A DNA stretch of 64,000 nt from Pristiophorus japonicus (lineage: Eukaryota), in NCBI RefSeq assembly GCF_044704955.1, contig NC_091980.1, forward strand, positions 7,130,001 through 7,194,000. The letters are read 5' to 3'. The notes under the pieces were generated by a model that was not told the origin of the DNA, did not search any database, and worked only from the letters and a program-made list of their open reading frames with translations. The position numbers and the translations under genes were made by a program. Of the stretch, positions 45,871-58,117 are shown piece by piece (the stretch's first letter is position 1; each line of letters starts with the position of its first letter).

Positions 45871-48800
45871 TCCCGAATCTTGTTTGCTATCCCCAGCTTC
45901 GAGGCTTTGACCACGCTCCATCAGCCCCGATGGACGGGCCACATTGTCCACATGCCCGATGCTAAACTCCCAAAGCAAGCGCTCTACACCGAGCTCCGTC
46001 GCGGCAAGCGAGCCCCAGGAGGGCAGAGAAAACACGTCAAGGACACCCTCAAAAGCCTCTTTGAAAAGGGGCTGTATAAACGCAATCTGTTGGTGTTGAA
46101 TTCCCCCTGCACCCTCTCCATTGCCTTGATGTAGTTCCTCAATAAATCAAGACTTGGAAAACCGGAGGGGTGAGAATGTGGAACTCGTTGCCACGGGGAG
46201 GGGGTCGAGGCGAATAGTATCCATGCATTTAAGGGGAGGCTGGATAAACACACGAGGGAGAGAGGAATAGAAGGATATGGTGATGGGGTGAGATGGAGAG
46301 GGGTGGGAGGGGGCTGGTGTGGAGCAGAAACAGCGGCACGGAGCGCTGGGGCCCAATGGCCTGTTTCTGTGCCGTACAGACTGTGTAATTCTATGTAACC
46401 GCAGCCTCTCCAGAGTAAAGGCAGAAAACTCGGACTGGTACAGGGGCCAGTGTTGATTTACAAAGTATCACATGACTCTCCAAAACTCAGCCTCACGAAA
46501 CAGCCTTACCTTGACGACTGGTGACTCATGCTCTGGCGACCAACCGGTGCTTTGTTTGATGGCTTTCCAGTTGCTGATTTATCCCTTCGCCCCCCCCCCC
46601 CCCCCCACTGCCCCGCTGCCGTCCAGCCATGGTTACACAATCTTATCAAGTCAACCCTGTTGTTTTGCTTATGAAGGAAATTGGAGCCTTCAGAGACGCC
46701 GTTGCAAGCTGAGAACAGGGAAACAATTGAGAGCTTTTCCGCCACTGCTGGTGTCTGACGGCCAATAGCAGAGCTGCGATTGGCCAGCCGGGCGGGGGAG
46801 GGGGTGGGGGGTGAACATTCAATATTTGGCCGACTTGGAAGGGGGAAGAGTGGGGTGGGCGGGGGGATCCGAGCTGGGATCTGGGGGTTGCCTTGATCAG
46901 CCACAATCTGATTGAGTGGAGGTACGGGCTCCAGGGGCTGAACGGCCTCCTCGCGCTTCCACGTTCCTGATCCGAAGGGGGGGCGAGCGGGAGAAGCGAA
47001 GTCTCGCAGCTGGAGACGGGACACAGGCGGGTCCTGGGGGAGGAACGCAGGCGGTTCTCCAATGCGCCCTTGCTCAACCTCAAAGTCGTGCCCCACCGAA
47101 GCCTCCCTTCACTCCCCCCATCACACAGACACCCTTTCAAACCCCCCCACCCCCAGACTTCCCTCACCGTCACCCTCCACTCCCTGTGGCCCCACCCTGC
47201 CAAAACCTGGCCACTGCCAAAGCAGAGAAGTCCTGCCACAACTGTACAGGGTGCAGGAGAGGCCACACCTGGAGTACTGCGTACCGTTTTGGTCTCCGTG
47301 TTTAAGGAAGGATATACTTACACTGGAGGCAGTTCAGAGAATTGGAGGCAGTTCAGAAAAGGTTCATGAGGTTGATTCCGGAGCTGAAGGGGTTGTTTTG
47401 TGAAGAAAGGTTGAGCAGGTTGGGCCTATACTCTTTGGCATTTAGAAGGATTAGAGGTGAGCTTATTGAAACTATAAGATTCTGAGGGGCCTTGACAGGG
47501 TCGATTCAGAGAGGATGTTTCCCCTCGTGGGGGAATCTAGAACTAGGGGTCGTAGTCTCAGAATAAGGGGTTGCTCATTTAAAATGGAGATGAGGAGGAA
47601 TTTCTTCTCTCTGAGGGTGGTGAATCTGTGGAATTCTCTGCCCCAGAGAGCTGTGGGGGCTGGGTCATTGGATATATTTAAGATGGAGATTGGCAGATTT
47701 TTGAACGATAAGGGAGTCAAGGGTTACGGAGAGCGGGGCGGGGAAGTGGAGCTGAGTCCATGATCGGATCAGCCGTGATCTTATTGAATGGCGGAGCAGG
47801 CTCGAGGGGCCGAATGGCCGACTCCTGCTCCTATTTCTTATGTTCTGATGTAACCCCGAGAAATTTGCAAACTTCCCTGGCGGTTTTTGCATTTGCGTCT
47901 CGCTCTGCTACGCCCCGGAGATCGTGATGTCACCCGGTGCACTACCGCCCCCGTTACCGCCCCGGATGCGATATTCGCTCCCGACCCTTGCAGCATCGCC
48001 GGCCGTCAACAACAGCAGCTGCAGGAGGCGGTGCTGCCTCGGCCGGGAGCTTGGGCGAGAGCCAACTAAAGGCAGCGGGGGGTCGGGTCGGGTCGGGTTG
48101 GGCGAAATGTATTACTCGCACCAGTCTGGCGCCTCCTGATTTGTTTTTTTTTCGGCCCTGCAATTGCTCAGCCCTGCGCTCTCTCCGTGCGCTCGCGGCC
48201 CGCGGTGCAAAGTGCGCAGATGCCGTGGCCAAACACAGGCGGAGCACGGAAATGAATGCAACCCAGCACCGGCCCTGCCCTGTCAGGGAGCGAGGGGGGG
48301 GGGGGGATGTACAGGCGGCAGCGCTGCACGGAAGATCTCTCAGCGCCCCTGCCGATCCCGTCCCTCTCGCTCTCGCTCCCTTTAGCGCTCGAAGGGAAGT
48401 GACAGTGCTTGATTTAACGCTCCACCTCCCTCTGGGAGCGCCAAAAAAAAGCGGTCGTTTCCAGGGAGCAGCAAATCTTTCTCGTCTGGCGGTACTGTTG
48501 CGCGGCCTGAACAGTTAGCACCCTCGGCGGGCTGCCACGCATGTTTCTAGCCGCAAACAGCATGGCACCGCTGACTGCTGGACATCTCACACACACAAGG
48601 AATGGGCGTGTGTGTGATGTGCTCAGAGGCTGATTTTGTCCGTGCAACAGGGGACCCAGAATTTTTTTTTAAAGAGTGCAACATTCAGAAACCATGAGTC
48701 GAGACTATCTAACGCAGCAGCTTTGGGGCGCTTGACTTGAGCGCGGAGCAGCTCCCAGCTGCCACATGATATCACACACCCTGACCTCGGTCAATCGTAC

Positions 48801-48991
48801 GCTGAAGGGTTTATTCGTGTTCTCCTGACAGGTTTCTCAGTCTGTGCCCGTGAGATGGTGGGGGAATTGGGGTCGGGGAGTGACAGCAGTCGGCCGAGGA
48901 GACCCAGCGCACGGTCGATTTACCCCGGGTCCCCGAGTGGATATATCAATCCGACAATTCATGGGCTGTTAACAGTTTCCCGATGAATTAC

Positions 48992-49888
48992 AAGACTTGT
49001 ATTTATATAGCAACTTTAACGACCTCAGCACGTCCCAAAGTGCTTCACAGCCAATGCAGTACTTATTGAAGTGTAGTCACTGTTGTAATGTAGGAAACAC
49101 AGCAGCCAATTTGTGCACAGCAAGCTCCCATGAACAGCAATTACCAGATAATCTGTGGTTAGTAATATTGATTGAGGGATAAATATTGGCCAGGACACCG
49201 GGGAGAACTCCCCTGCTCTTCTATGAAATAGTGCCATGGGATCTTTTACATCCACCTGAGAGAGCAGACGGGGCATCGGTTTCACGTCTCATCCGAAAGA
49301 CACCACCTCCGACAGTGGGGCGCTCCCTCAGTACTGCCCCTCCGACAGTGCGGCGCTCCCTCAGTACTGCCCCTCCGACAGTGCAGCGCTCCCTCAGCAC
49401 TGCCCCTCCGACAGTGCGGCGCTCCCTCAGTACTGCCACTCCGACAGTGCGGCACTCCCTCAGTACTGCCCTCCGACAGTGCGGCACTCCCTCAGTACTG
49501 CCCCTTCGACAGTGCGGCACTCCCTCAGTACTGCCCCTCCGTCAGTGCGGCACTCCCTCAGTACTGCCCCTTCGACAGTGCGGCACTCCCTCAGTACTGC
49601 CCCTCCATCAGTGCGGCACTCCCTCAGTACTGCCCCTCCGACAGTGCGGCACTCCCTCAGTACTGCCCCTCCGACAGTGCGGCACTCCCTCAGTACTGCC
49701 CCTCTGACAGTGCGGCACTCCCTCAGTACTGCCCCTCCGACAGTGCGGCGCTCCCTCAGTACTGCCCCTCCGACAGTGCAGCGCTCCCTCAGTACTGCCC
49801 CTCCGACAGTGCAGCACTCCCTCAGCACTGCACTGGGAGTGTCAGCCTGGATTAATGTGCTCAAGGCTCTGGAGTCAGACTTGAACTA
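48992..49888 (-). mobile_element. DeuSINE with a 33-bp array (~16 units, 49306-49832)
   Basis: Same family. Confidence 0.85.
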
Positions 49889-50529
49889 GCCGTGGGATTT
49901 TTGTTTACCTTCTCTGACATGATTCTACCAAATACAAGCTCAACCGGAGACCTCTCCCCAACAACTGATGAGTTGTGCGGCAGCCAATCAGGGTTGACCG
50001 TTTGGTGTTTGGGTTTCTGAGATTCAGTGATGGTGCCACCTGTCTGCCACTGGCAGCACTACAGGTGGAGCCTCAGTACACAAGAGCCTGATTCCATCAC
50101 CCCCCCGCCCCCTCCCCGATCCACCCCCGTCTCTCCGCTTCCTAAAGTTCAAAGTCTCTGGAGTGGGACCTGAACCCAGGGCCTGCTGTAATCTGCTGCC
50201 CCTGCCCAGATACGCAGGGCACCGCGCCCTGACTTACTGATAGTCACGTGACTGTGCCAAAACACAATCTCAGTGCGAGTCTTTCCCTGACAACTGCTGA
50301 GTCACGGATCAGCCAATTGGTGCTACCCTGTTTGTGGCTTCTGACCTCCCTTGCAGTTTCACTCACAGCAGATGCGAAACAGTTCGACACCACACAAAAA
50401 CACATCCTTCTCTGTGTGTTCTGGCTCTGTGCCAACATTTGTCTCTGGGTTAGTCCCTAAATTCCATTGGATATAGATCAGCAAAACAGTGTGTGCAATG
50501 AAAGCCAGTGTTTTATAGGAATAGGAATG

Positions 50530-52740
50530 ATCCTATTCAGAGACTAGGTTCCTGAACTTAAGGAAAGGTAACTTCGATGGTATGAGACGTGAATTGGCTA
50601 GAATAGACTGGCGAGTGATACTTAAAGGGTTGACGGTGGATAGGCAATGGCAAACATTTAAAGATCACATGGATGAACTACAACAATTGTACATCCCGGT
50701 CTGGAGTAAAAATAAAACGGGGAAGGTGGCTCAACCGTGGCTAACAAGGGAAATTAAGGATAGTGTTAAATCTAAGGAAGAGGCATATAAATTGGCCAGA
50801 AAAAGCAACTTGAGGACTGGGAGAATGTTGTAATACAGCAGAGGAAGACAAAGGGTTTAATAGGGAGGGGGAGAATAGAGTATGAGAGTAAGCTTGCAGG
50901 GAACATAAAAACTGACTGCAAAAGCTTCCACAGATATGTGAAGAGAAAAAGATTAGTGAAGACAAACGTAGGTCCCTTGTAGTCAGATTCAGGTGAATTT
51001 ATAATGGGGAACAAAGAAATGGCAGACCAGTTAAACAAATACTTTGGTTCTGTCTTCACGAAGGAAGACACAAATAACCTTTTGGAAATGCTAGGGGACC
51101 GAGGATCTAGTGAGAAGGAGGAACTGAAGGAAATCCTTATTAGGCGGGAAATTGTGTTAAGGAAATTGATGGGATTGAAGGCTGATAAATCCCATGGGCC
51201 TGATAGTCTGCATCCCAGAGTACTTAAGGAAGTAGCCCTAGAAATAGTGGATGCATTGGTGATCATTTTCCAACAGTCTACCAACTTTGGATCGGTTCCT
51301 ATGGACTGGAGGGTAGCTAATGTAACACCACTTTTTAAGAAAGGAGGGAGAGAGAAAACGGGTAATTATAAACCGGTTAGCCTGACATCAGTAGTGGGGA
51401 AAATGTTGGAATCAATTATTAAAGATGAAATAGCAGCACATTTGGAAAGCAGTGACGGGATCGGTCCAAGTCAGCATGGATTTATGAAAGGGAAATCCTG
51501 CTTGACAAATCTTCTAGAATTTTTTGAGGATGTAACTAGTAGAGTGGACAAGGGAGAACCAGTGGATGTGGTGTCTTTGGACTTTCAAAAGACTTTTGAC
51601 AAGGTCCCACACAAGAGATTGGTGTGCAAAATTAAAGCACATGGTATTGGGGGTAATGTATTGACGTGGATAGAGAACTGGTTGGCAGACAGGAAGCAGA
51701 GAGTCAGAATAAACGGATCCTTTTCAGAATGGCAGGCAATGACTAATGGGGTGCCGCAGGGCTCAGTGCTGGAACCCCAGCTATTTACAATATACATTAA
51801 TGATTTGGATGAGGGAATTGAGTGTAATATCTCCAAGTTTGCAGACGACACTAAGCTGGGTGGCGGTGTGAGCTGTGAGGAGGACGCTAAGAGGCTGCAG
51901 GGTGACTTGGACAGGTTAGGTGAGTGGGCAAACACATGGCAGATGCAGTATAATGTGGATAAATGTGAGGTTATCCACTTTGGCATGAAGGAAGAATATT
52001 ATCTGAATGGCGGCAGATTAAGAAAAGGCGAGATGCAACAAGACTTGGGTGTCATGGTACATCAGTCATTGAAAGTTGGCATGCAGGTACAGCAGGCAGT
52101 GAAAAAGGCAAATGGTATGTTGGCCTTCATAGCTAGGGGATTTGAGTACAGGAGCAAGGAGGTCATGCTGCAGTTGTTCAGGGCCTTACTAAGGCCTCAC
52201 CTGGAATATTGTGTTCAGTTTTGGTCTCCTAATCTGAGGAAGGGCGTTCTTGCTATTGAGAGAGTGCAGCGAAGGTTCACCAGACTGATTCCCAGGATGG
52301 CAGGACTGACATATGAGGAGAGATTGGATCGACTGGGCCTGTATTCACTGGAATTTAGAAAGATGAGAGGGGATCTCATAGAAACATATAAAATTCTGAC
52401 GGGACTGGACAGATGAGATGCAGGAAGAATTTTCCCGATGTTGGGGAAGTCCAGAACCAGGGGACATAGTCTAAGGATAAGGCGTAAGCCATTTAGGACT
52501 GAGATGAGGAGAAACTTCTTCACTCAGAGAGTTGTTAACCTGTGGAATTCACAACCCCAGTTCATTGGATACATTCAAGAGGGAGTTAGATATGGCCCTT
52601 ATGGCTAAAGGGACCAAGGAGTATGCAGAGAAAGCAGGAAAGGGGTACTGAGGTGAATGATCAGCCATGATCATATTGAATGGTGGTGCAGGCTCGAAGG
52701 GCCGAATGGCCTACTCCTGCACCTATTTTCTATGTTTCTA
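50530..52740 (+). mobile_element. HER1/CR1-like LINE, 5'-truncated, with a 470-aa open RT frame (51004-52416)
   Basis: Full RT motif set ([34 protein letters not shown]); no endonuclease; premature TGA at 52414-52416; TTTTCTATGTTTCTAT tail. Confidence 0.93.
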
Positions 52741-53755
52741 TCATGATCATCATCATGGGCGGTCTCTCGAGGATGACTTGCTTCCACGCCGAAAACGGAT
52801 GAGTTCACAGGTGTTTCAATGAAGGACTTAATATTCTGGATCCCGAACTACATCCTGAAGGGTGGAAGATGCCTGTGGGTGGATTTTTTTAAACTGTGGT
52901 GGCCGTTGCACACCAGCCACCACACGGGGCTTGACAGAGCGAGGTCTTGGTCCAGTGGCAAGGGTTAACCAAGACGACTGGAGACCAGCTCTGCTGCACG
53001 GACCCAGTGCGCACACATATCGCAGTGTGGGCTGGGTCCGTGCTGCCCCTGGGCCCTCGCCTCTCCTGGGCCCCGATCACACCCCTCTACGATCTCTCGC
53101 CGCTCCTTCGCCCCGACCTCGCCGCTCCTGCTGTACCTGCCCACGCTCCGATCAGCCGTCACCCTCCTGCAGCAGCACGCGTTGATCCTTGCAGTGGCAT
53201 GCCGTTGTACGCTGCTCCCTGTAATGGCCCCGGCCTGCTGATGGTCTTACAGGCCGGGACTGCGCCGATTTCCAATAGGAATATAGCAACAGGAGGAGGC
53301 CATTCAGCCCCTTGAGCCTGTTCCGACACTCAATTAGTTCCTGGCTGATCCGTATCCTAACTCCATCTAACCTCCTGGGTTCTGGAACCCTCCGTCCCCT
53401 TACCCAACAAAAATTTATCAATCTCAGTTTTGAAATTATCAGTCACCCCCCAGCCTCAGCAGAATTTGGGGGAGAGAGTTCCAAATTCCCAGCACCCTTT
53501 GTGTGAAGAAGTGCTTCCTGACATCACCCTCAACGGCCTGGCTCTAATTTTAAGGTGACCCCCCTCTCTGTTCTGGACTCCCCGCACCAGAGGAAATCGT
53601 TTCTCTATCTTACCCAATCAACTCCTTTAATCATCTTAAACATCTCGATTAGATCACCCCTTAACCTTCTCTATTTAAGGGAACACCAGCCTTAGTGGAT
53701 GATAGCACAATGCCACGTGGAAGTGAACTGTGCTGATGGTGCCATATTTGTTGTA

Positions 53756-54200
53756 AGCCATGCCTCAGTGGGTCGCACTCTGTCTCTCTCGCCTCTAAGT
53801 CAGAAGGTTGTGGGTTCAAGTCCCACTCCAGAAACCTGAGCACAAAATCTAGGCTGACACTCCAGTGCAGTGCTGAGGGAGTGCTGCACTGTCGGAGGTG
53901 CCGTCTTTTGAATGAGATATTAAACCCCGTCTGCCCCCATGGCACTGTTTCGACGAAGAGCAGGGGGAGTTCTCCCCGGTGTCCTGGGGCCAATATTTAT
54001 CCCTCAATCAACATAACAAAAAGCAGGTTATCGGGTCATCATCACATTGCTGTTTGTGGGAGCTTGCTGTGTGCAAATTGGCTGCCACATTTCCCACATT
54101 ACAACAGTGACTACCCTTCCAAAAGTACCTCATTGTGTGTGTAACTCTCTGGGATGTCCTGAGGTTGTGAAAGTCACTATATAAATGCAAGGACTTTCTT
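53756..54200 (+). mobile_element. DeuSINE, unexpanded copy (single 33-bp unit)
   Basis: Complete head, core and tail, with one CAGTGCAGTGCTGAGGGAGTGCTGCACTGTCGGAGG at ~53863-53898. Confidence 0.88.
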
Positions 54201-55319
54201 TGTGGTCTTTGGTCCGTGTAGAGTTAACTGATATCAACCAGGTGTGAGTTGGGGTGATCCTCGACCAGAGAAATTCAGCCAGGGCTTCTATCTTTGATCA
54301 CCCCTCTCTATCTCTGTAACCTCTTTCAGCCTCACAACCCCCCCCCCCCACCCCCGAGATGTCTGCGCTCCTTTAATTCTGCCCTCTTGAGCATTCCTGA
54401 TTATAATCGCTCCACCATCTGTTGCCTGGGCCCCAAGCTCTGGAACTCCCTCCCTAAGCCTCTCCGCCTCTCTTTCCTCCTTCAAGACACTCCTTAAAAT
54501 TTTGACCAAGCTTTTGGTCACCTGCCCTAATTTCTTCTTATGCGGCTCGTTGTCAAGTTATCTGTTTTGTCTTATATCAATGCTGTGAAGCGCCTTGGGA
54601 CATTTCACCAGGCGCTATTTATAAGAACATAAGAAGATAAGAAATAGGAACAGGAGTCGGCCATACGGCTGACCTGATCATGGACTCAGCTCCACTTCCC
54701 CGCCCGCTCCCCATAGCCCCTTATCTCCTTATCGTTTAAGAAACTGTCTATTTCTGTCTTAAATTTATTCAATGTCCCAGCTTCCACAGCTCTCTGAGGC
54801 AGCGAATTCCACAGATTTACAACCCTCTGAGATAGGAAAAGATATATATAAAAGTTGTTGGTGTTGTTGTTGTTGGAATAGGCAGCATTTGCCTCAGACA
54901 CCAATCACCAAGGCCGAGTAGCTTGGCTTAACAATTCAGCACGGCATCAAAATTGGCCATGGGTGGGGAGGGGGTGTTTGGAGGGGGGGGTTGGGGGGGC
55001 AGCGGAGGAGGAGAGTTACATAAATCATCCCAGATCCCGGGATGTCCCCCATCGCCATCGAGCGGCTCCAGCCAGCGGCGGATTGAAACCGCTCGTGAGA
55101 ACACAGTGCCACCCACCGCTCACACACCTGAGCAACGGCCACCCGATTCCAGGCAGAGGCGAGCGTTCAACATCCCTGGAGTCGTGCCTGCACACATCGA
55201 AAGCAGAACTTGTGTTTGTATCCAAGTTTCACATCCACAGGGTGGCCCCAAAATGGTCTGCGACAAATGGTTTTGTCTTCCTCGAAGTGCTGCGCACTGC
55301 TGTTTGTCGGGTCACTGCT

Positions 55320-57180
55320 ACAACAAGCACTTGCATTTATATAGCGCCTTTAACGTGGCAAAACGCCCCCAAGGCATTTCACAGGAGCGGTTATCAAACT
55401 GAATTTGACACCATGCCACGTAAGGAGATATTAGGGACAGGAGGGAATTCCAGAGCTTAGAGCCTTGGCAGCTGAAGGCACGGCCGCCGATGGTGGAGCG
55501 ATGGAAATCGGGGGATGCGCAAGAGGCCGGAATTGGAGGAGCGCAGAGATCTCGGAGGTTGGAGGAGGTTACAGAGATAGGGAGGGTTTCAGTGCTGGAG
55601 GAGGTTAGAGAGATAGAGAGGGTTGAAGGCTACAGGAGGTTACAGAGATATGGAGGGTTGCAGAAAGTTACAGAGATAGGGAGGGTTTCAATGCTGGAGG
55701 ATGTTATAGAGATAGGGAGGTTTGTAGGGCTGGAGGAAGTTATAGAGATAGGCAGGGTTGCAGCACTGGAGGAGGTTATAGAGATACGGAGTAGTGTAGG
55801 GCTGGTGGAGGTTACAGAGATACGGAGTAGTGTAGGGCTGGTGGAGGTTACAGAGATAGGGAGGGTTGCAGGGCTGGTGGAAGTTATAGAGATAGGGAGG
55901 TTTGTAGGGCTGGAGGAGGTTATATAGATAGGGCGGGTTGCAGGGCTGGTGGAGGTTACAGAGATATGGAGGGTTGCAGAAGGTTACAGAGATAGGGAGG
56001 GTTTCAATGCTGGAGGATGTTATAGAGATAGGGAGGTTTGTAGGGCTGGAGGAAGTTATAGAGATAGGCAGGGTTACAGCACTGGAGTAGGTTACAGAGA
56101 TATGGAGTGGTGTAGGGCTGGTGGAGGTTACAGAGATAGGGAGTGGTGTAGGGCTGGTGAAGGTTACAGATATAGGGAGGGGTGTAGGGCTGGAGGAAGT
56201 TATAGAGATAGGCAGGGTTGCAGCACTGGAGGAGGTTATAGAGATACGGAGTAGTGTAGGGCTGGTGGAGGTTACAGAGATAGGGAGGGTTGCAGGGCTG
56301 GTGGAAGTTATAGAGATAGGGAGGTTTGTAGGGCTGGAGGAGGTTATATAGATAGGGCGGGTTGCAGGGCTGGTGGAGGTTACAGAGATAGGGAGGGTTG
56401 CAGGACTGGAGGAATATACAGAGACAGGGAAGGGCGAGGCCATGGAGGGATTTGAAAATAAGGGTGAGAATTTTAAAATTGAGGAGCCGATGTAAGTCAG
56501 CGGGCACAGGGATGATGGGTGAGCAGGACTTGGTGCGAGTTAGGGCATGGGCAGTGAGCACAGGGGGTGATGGGTGAGCGGGACTCGGTGCGAGTTAGGA
56601 CATGGGCAGTGAGCACAGGGGGTGATGGGTGAGCGGGACTTGGTGCGAGTTAGGACACGGGGCAGCGAGCACAGGGGGTGATGGGTGAGCGGGACTTGGT
56701 ACGAGTTAGGACACGGGGCAGCAGACGTTTGCATGAGCTGAAGTTTAGGTCGGGTAGAAGAAGCTAGGCTGTCCAGAAGAACGTTATAAGAGTCATGTCT
56801 CGAGGTAACAAAAGGACATGGATGAGGGTTTGAGAAGCAGTTGAGTTGAGGCAGGGGCAGACGGGCGATGTTATGGAGATGGAAGTAGGCAGTCTTGGTG
56901 ATGGAGGGGACATGTGGTCAGAAGCTTGTCTCGGTGCCAAATAGGGCATCAATGTTGTGAACAGTCTGGTCCAGCCTCAGGCAGTGGCCAAGGAGAGAGA
57001 TGGAATCATGGGCTGGGGAACGGAGTTTGTGGCGGGGACCGAGGACAATGGCTTTGGTCCTCCCAATATTAAGTTGGAGAAAGTTTCTCCTCATCCTTTT
57101 CTGGATGTCGGACAAGCAGCATGAGAAATCAGAGGCAGTGGAAAATTCGAGAGAGGTGTGAGGTAGAGCTGGATGTCATC
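55320..57180 (-). mobile_element. L2-like LINE with a 36-bp tandem array (55555-56425) and a 55-bp x4 repeat (56500-56720)
   Basis: FLQLNIGRTK and IFKSLHGLA motifs; unit approximately GGGCTGGAGGAGGTTACAGAGATAGGGAGGGTTGCA. Confidence 0.85.
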
Positions 57181-57182
57181 AG

Positions 57183-57313
57183 AAGAAATTATAATGGAGA
57201 ATAAGGACATGGCAGAGAAATTAAACAATTACTTTGTGTCTGTCTTCACGGAAGACTCAAAAAACATCCCGGAAATAGTGGAGAACCAAGGGTCTAGCGA
57301 GAGTGATGAACTG
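57183..57313 (+). mobile_element. CR1 fragment that is the ERV integration target
   Basis: Encodes KDMAEKLNNYFVSVFT.ED, homologous to 51000-51126; ends abruptly at the LTR TG. Confidence 0.8.
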
Positions 57314-57775
57314 TGTGGAAGAGAGAAACTATGAACACCTGGCTTAATTTAGAGGGAAGGGTTAAATTCTGTTTTTTTTGCTATGCTTAAAGAAATAATA
57401 AGACTAGAAAAATAGCCACGCTTTTTAGCCTTGAAACTTACAGATGCAATTAAATGACCATCTGGTATTAAAAGGGAGTCTCCTTTTGATTCTGCTTATT
57501 AGGCTGTGAACAGAGAAAAACTATGCAAGGACAGATAGAGTGTGCACCTCCCGAGACGACCTTTGTACTCGCGGGACTAATGAATAAGATTCTTTTCTAT
57601 TTCTGTATTCAATTTCTGTATAAAGATAAGTGCAATTTGCTTGTACGACAGAGTTTTGCCTTGGTACGGTCCAAGCAGGCTCTCCGAGATATATCTTGCT
57701 TTTTAAAATAAATTCTCTCGAAGTGCAGTTCTGAAAGTCTCCGCCTGAGTTAATTTAAGCTATATTTCCTCGACA
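57314..57775 (+). repeat. ERV 5' LTR (~460 bp)
   Basis: Starts TGTGGAAGAGA exactly where CR1 homology stops and ends TTTCCTCGACA (imperfect inverted termini, TG...CA). TATAAA at 57619-57624, AATAAA at 57707-57712, PBS 5 nt downstream. Confidence 0.82.
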
Positions 57776-57780
57776 GATTC

Positions 57781-57799
57781 TGGCGTAGTCCGGCAGGAT
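57781..57799 (+). promoter_or_regulatory. Primer binding site, tRNA-Ser (AGA/TGA type), with a 1-nt insertion
   Basis: TGGCGTAGTC(C)GGCAGGAT is the reverse complement of the vertebrate tRNA-Ser 3' end ATCCTGCCGACTACGCCA plus one extra C. Confidence 0.85.
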
Positions 57800-58117
57800 C
57801 TCTAAAAAAAAACGAGATCCAAAAGAACTAAATTTAATTTTTAAAGAGAAAAGAGGAATTTTAAGGACTTTCCTAGCTGAAAGGAGGAAGGTGCCTAGGC
57901 CGTCCTAGCTGAAAGGGGGACGGGCCGCCGAGATCCCCGAGAGGGTGAGGCATAAGGTAGCTACCGCTAAGAAGCTAAAATAACAAAAAGGCAAAAGGAG
58001 ACCCCGAGCTGAGCAGAAAAGAGAACACCGGTGAGCGCTTTGTAAATTATTGTATATTTTGTAGGATTGTCCTAACTCTCATTTCAGAAAAGATCGCGAG
58101 ACGTTGCACCCGGAAGA

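Noticed and set aside
47887-48647. GC-rich ORFs or CpG island suggesting another gene's first exon
   Set aside because: No recognisable protein motif or splice-linked exons; more likely a GC-rich DNA-transposon remnant, though this is not proven.
51004-52416. 470-aa RT ORF as an active LINE or domesticated gene
   Set aside because: 5'-truncated with no endonuclease or ORF1, small deletions and a premature stop; an ordinary young copy.
53756-53835. tRNA-like sequence with A and B boxes
   Set aside because: It is the head of a SINE that continues into the Deu-like core; not a tRNA gene.
55490-56561. Mucin-like or 12-aa-repeat ORFs
   Set aside because: Translations of the 36-bp array within an L2-like element.
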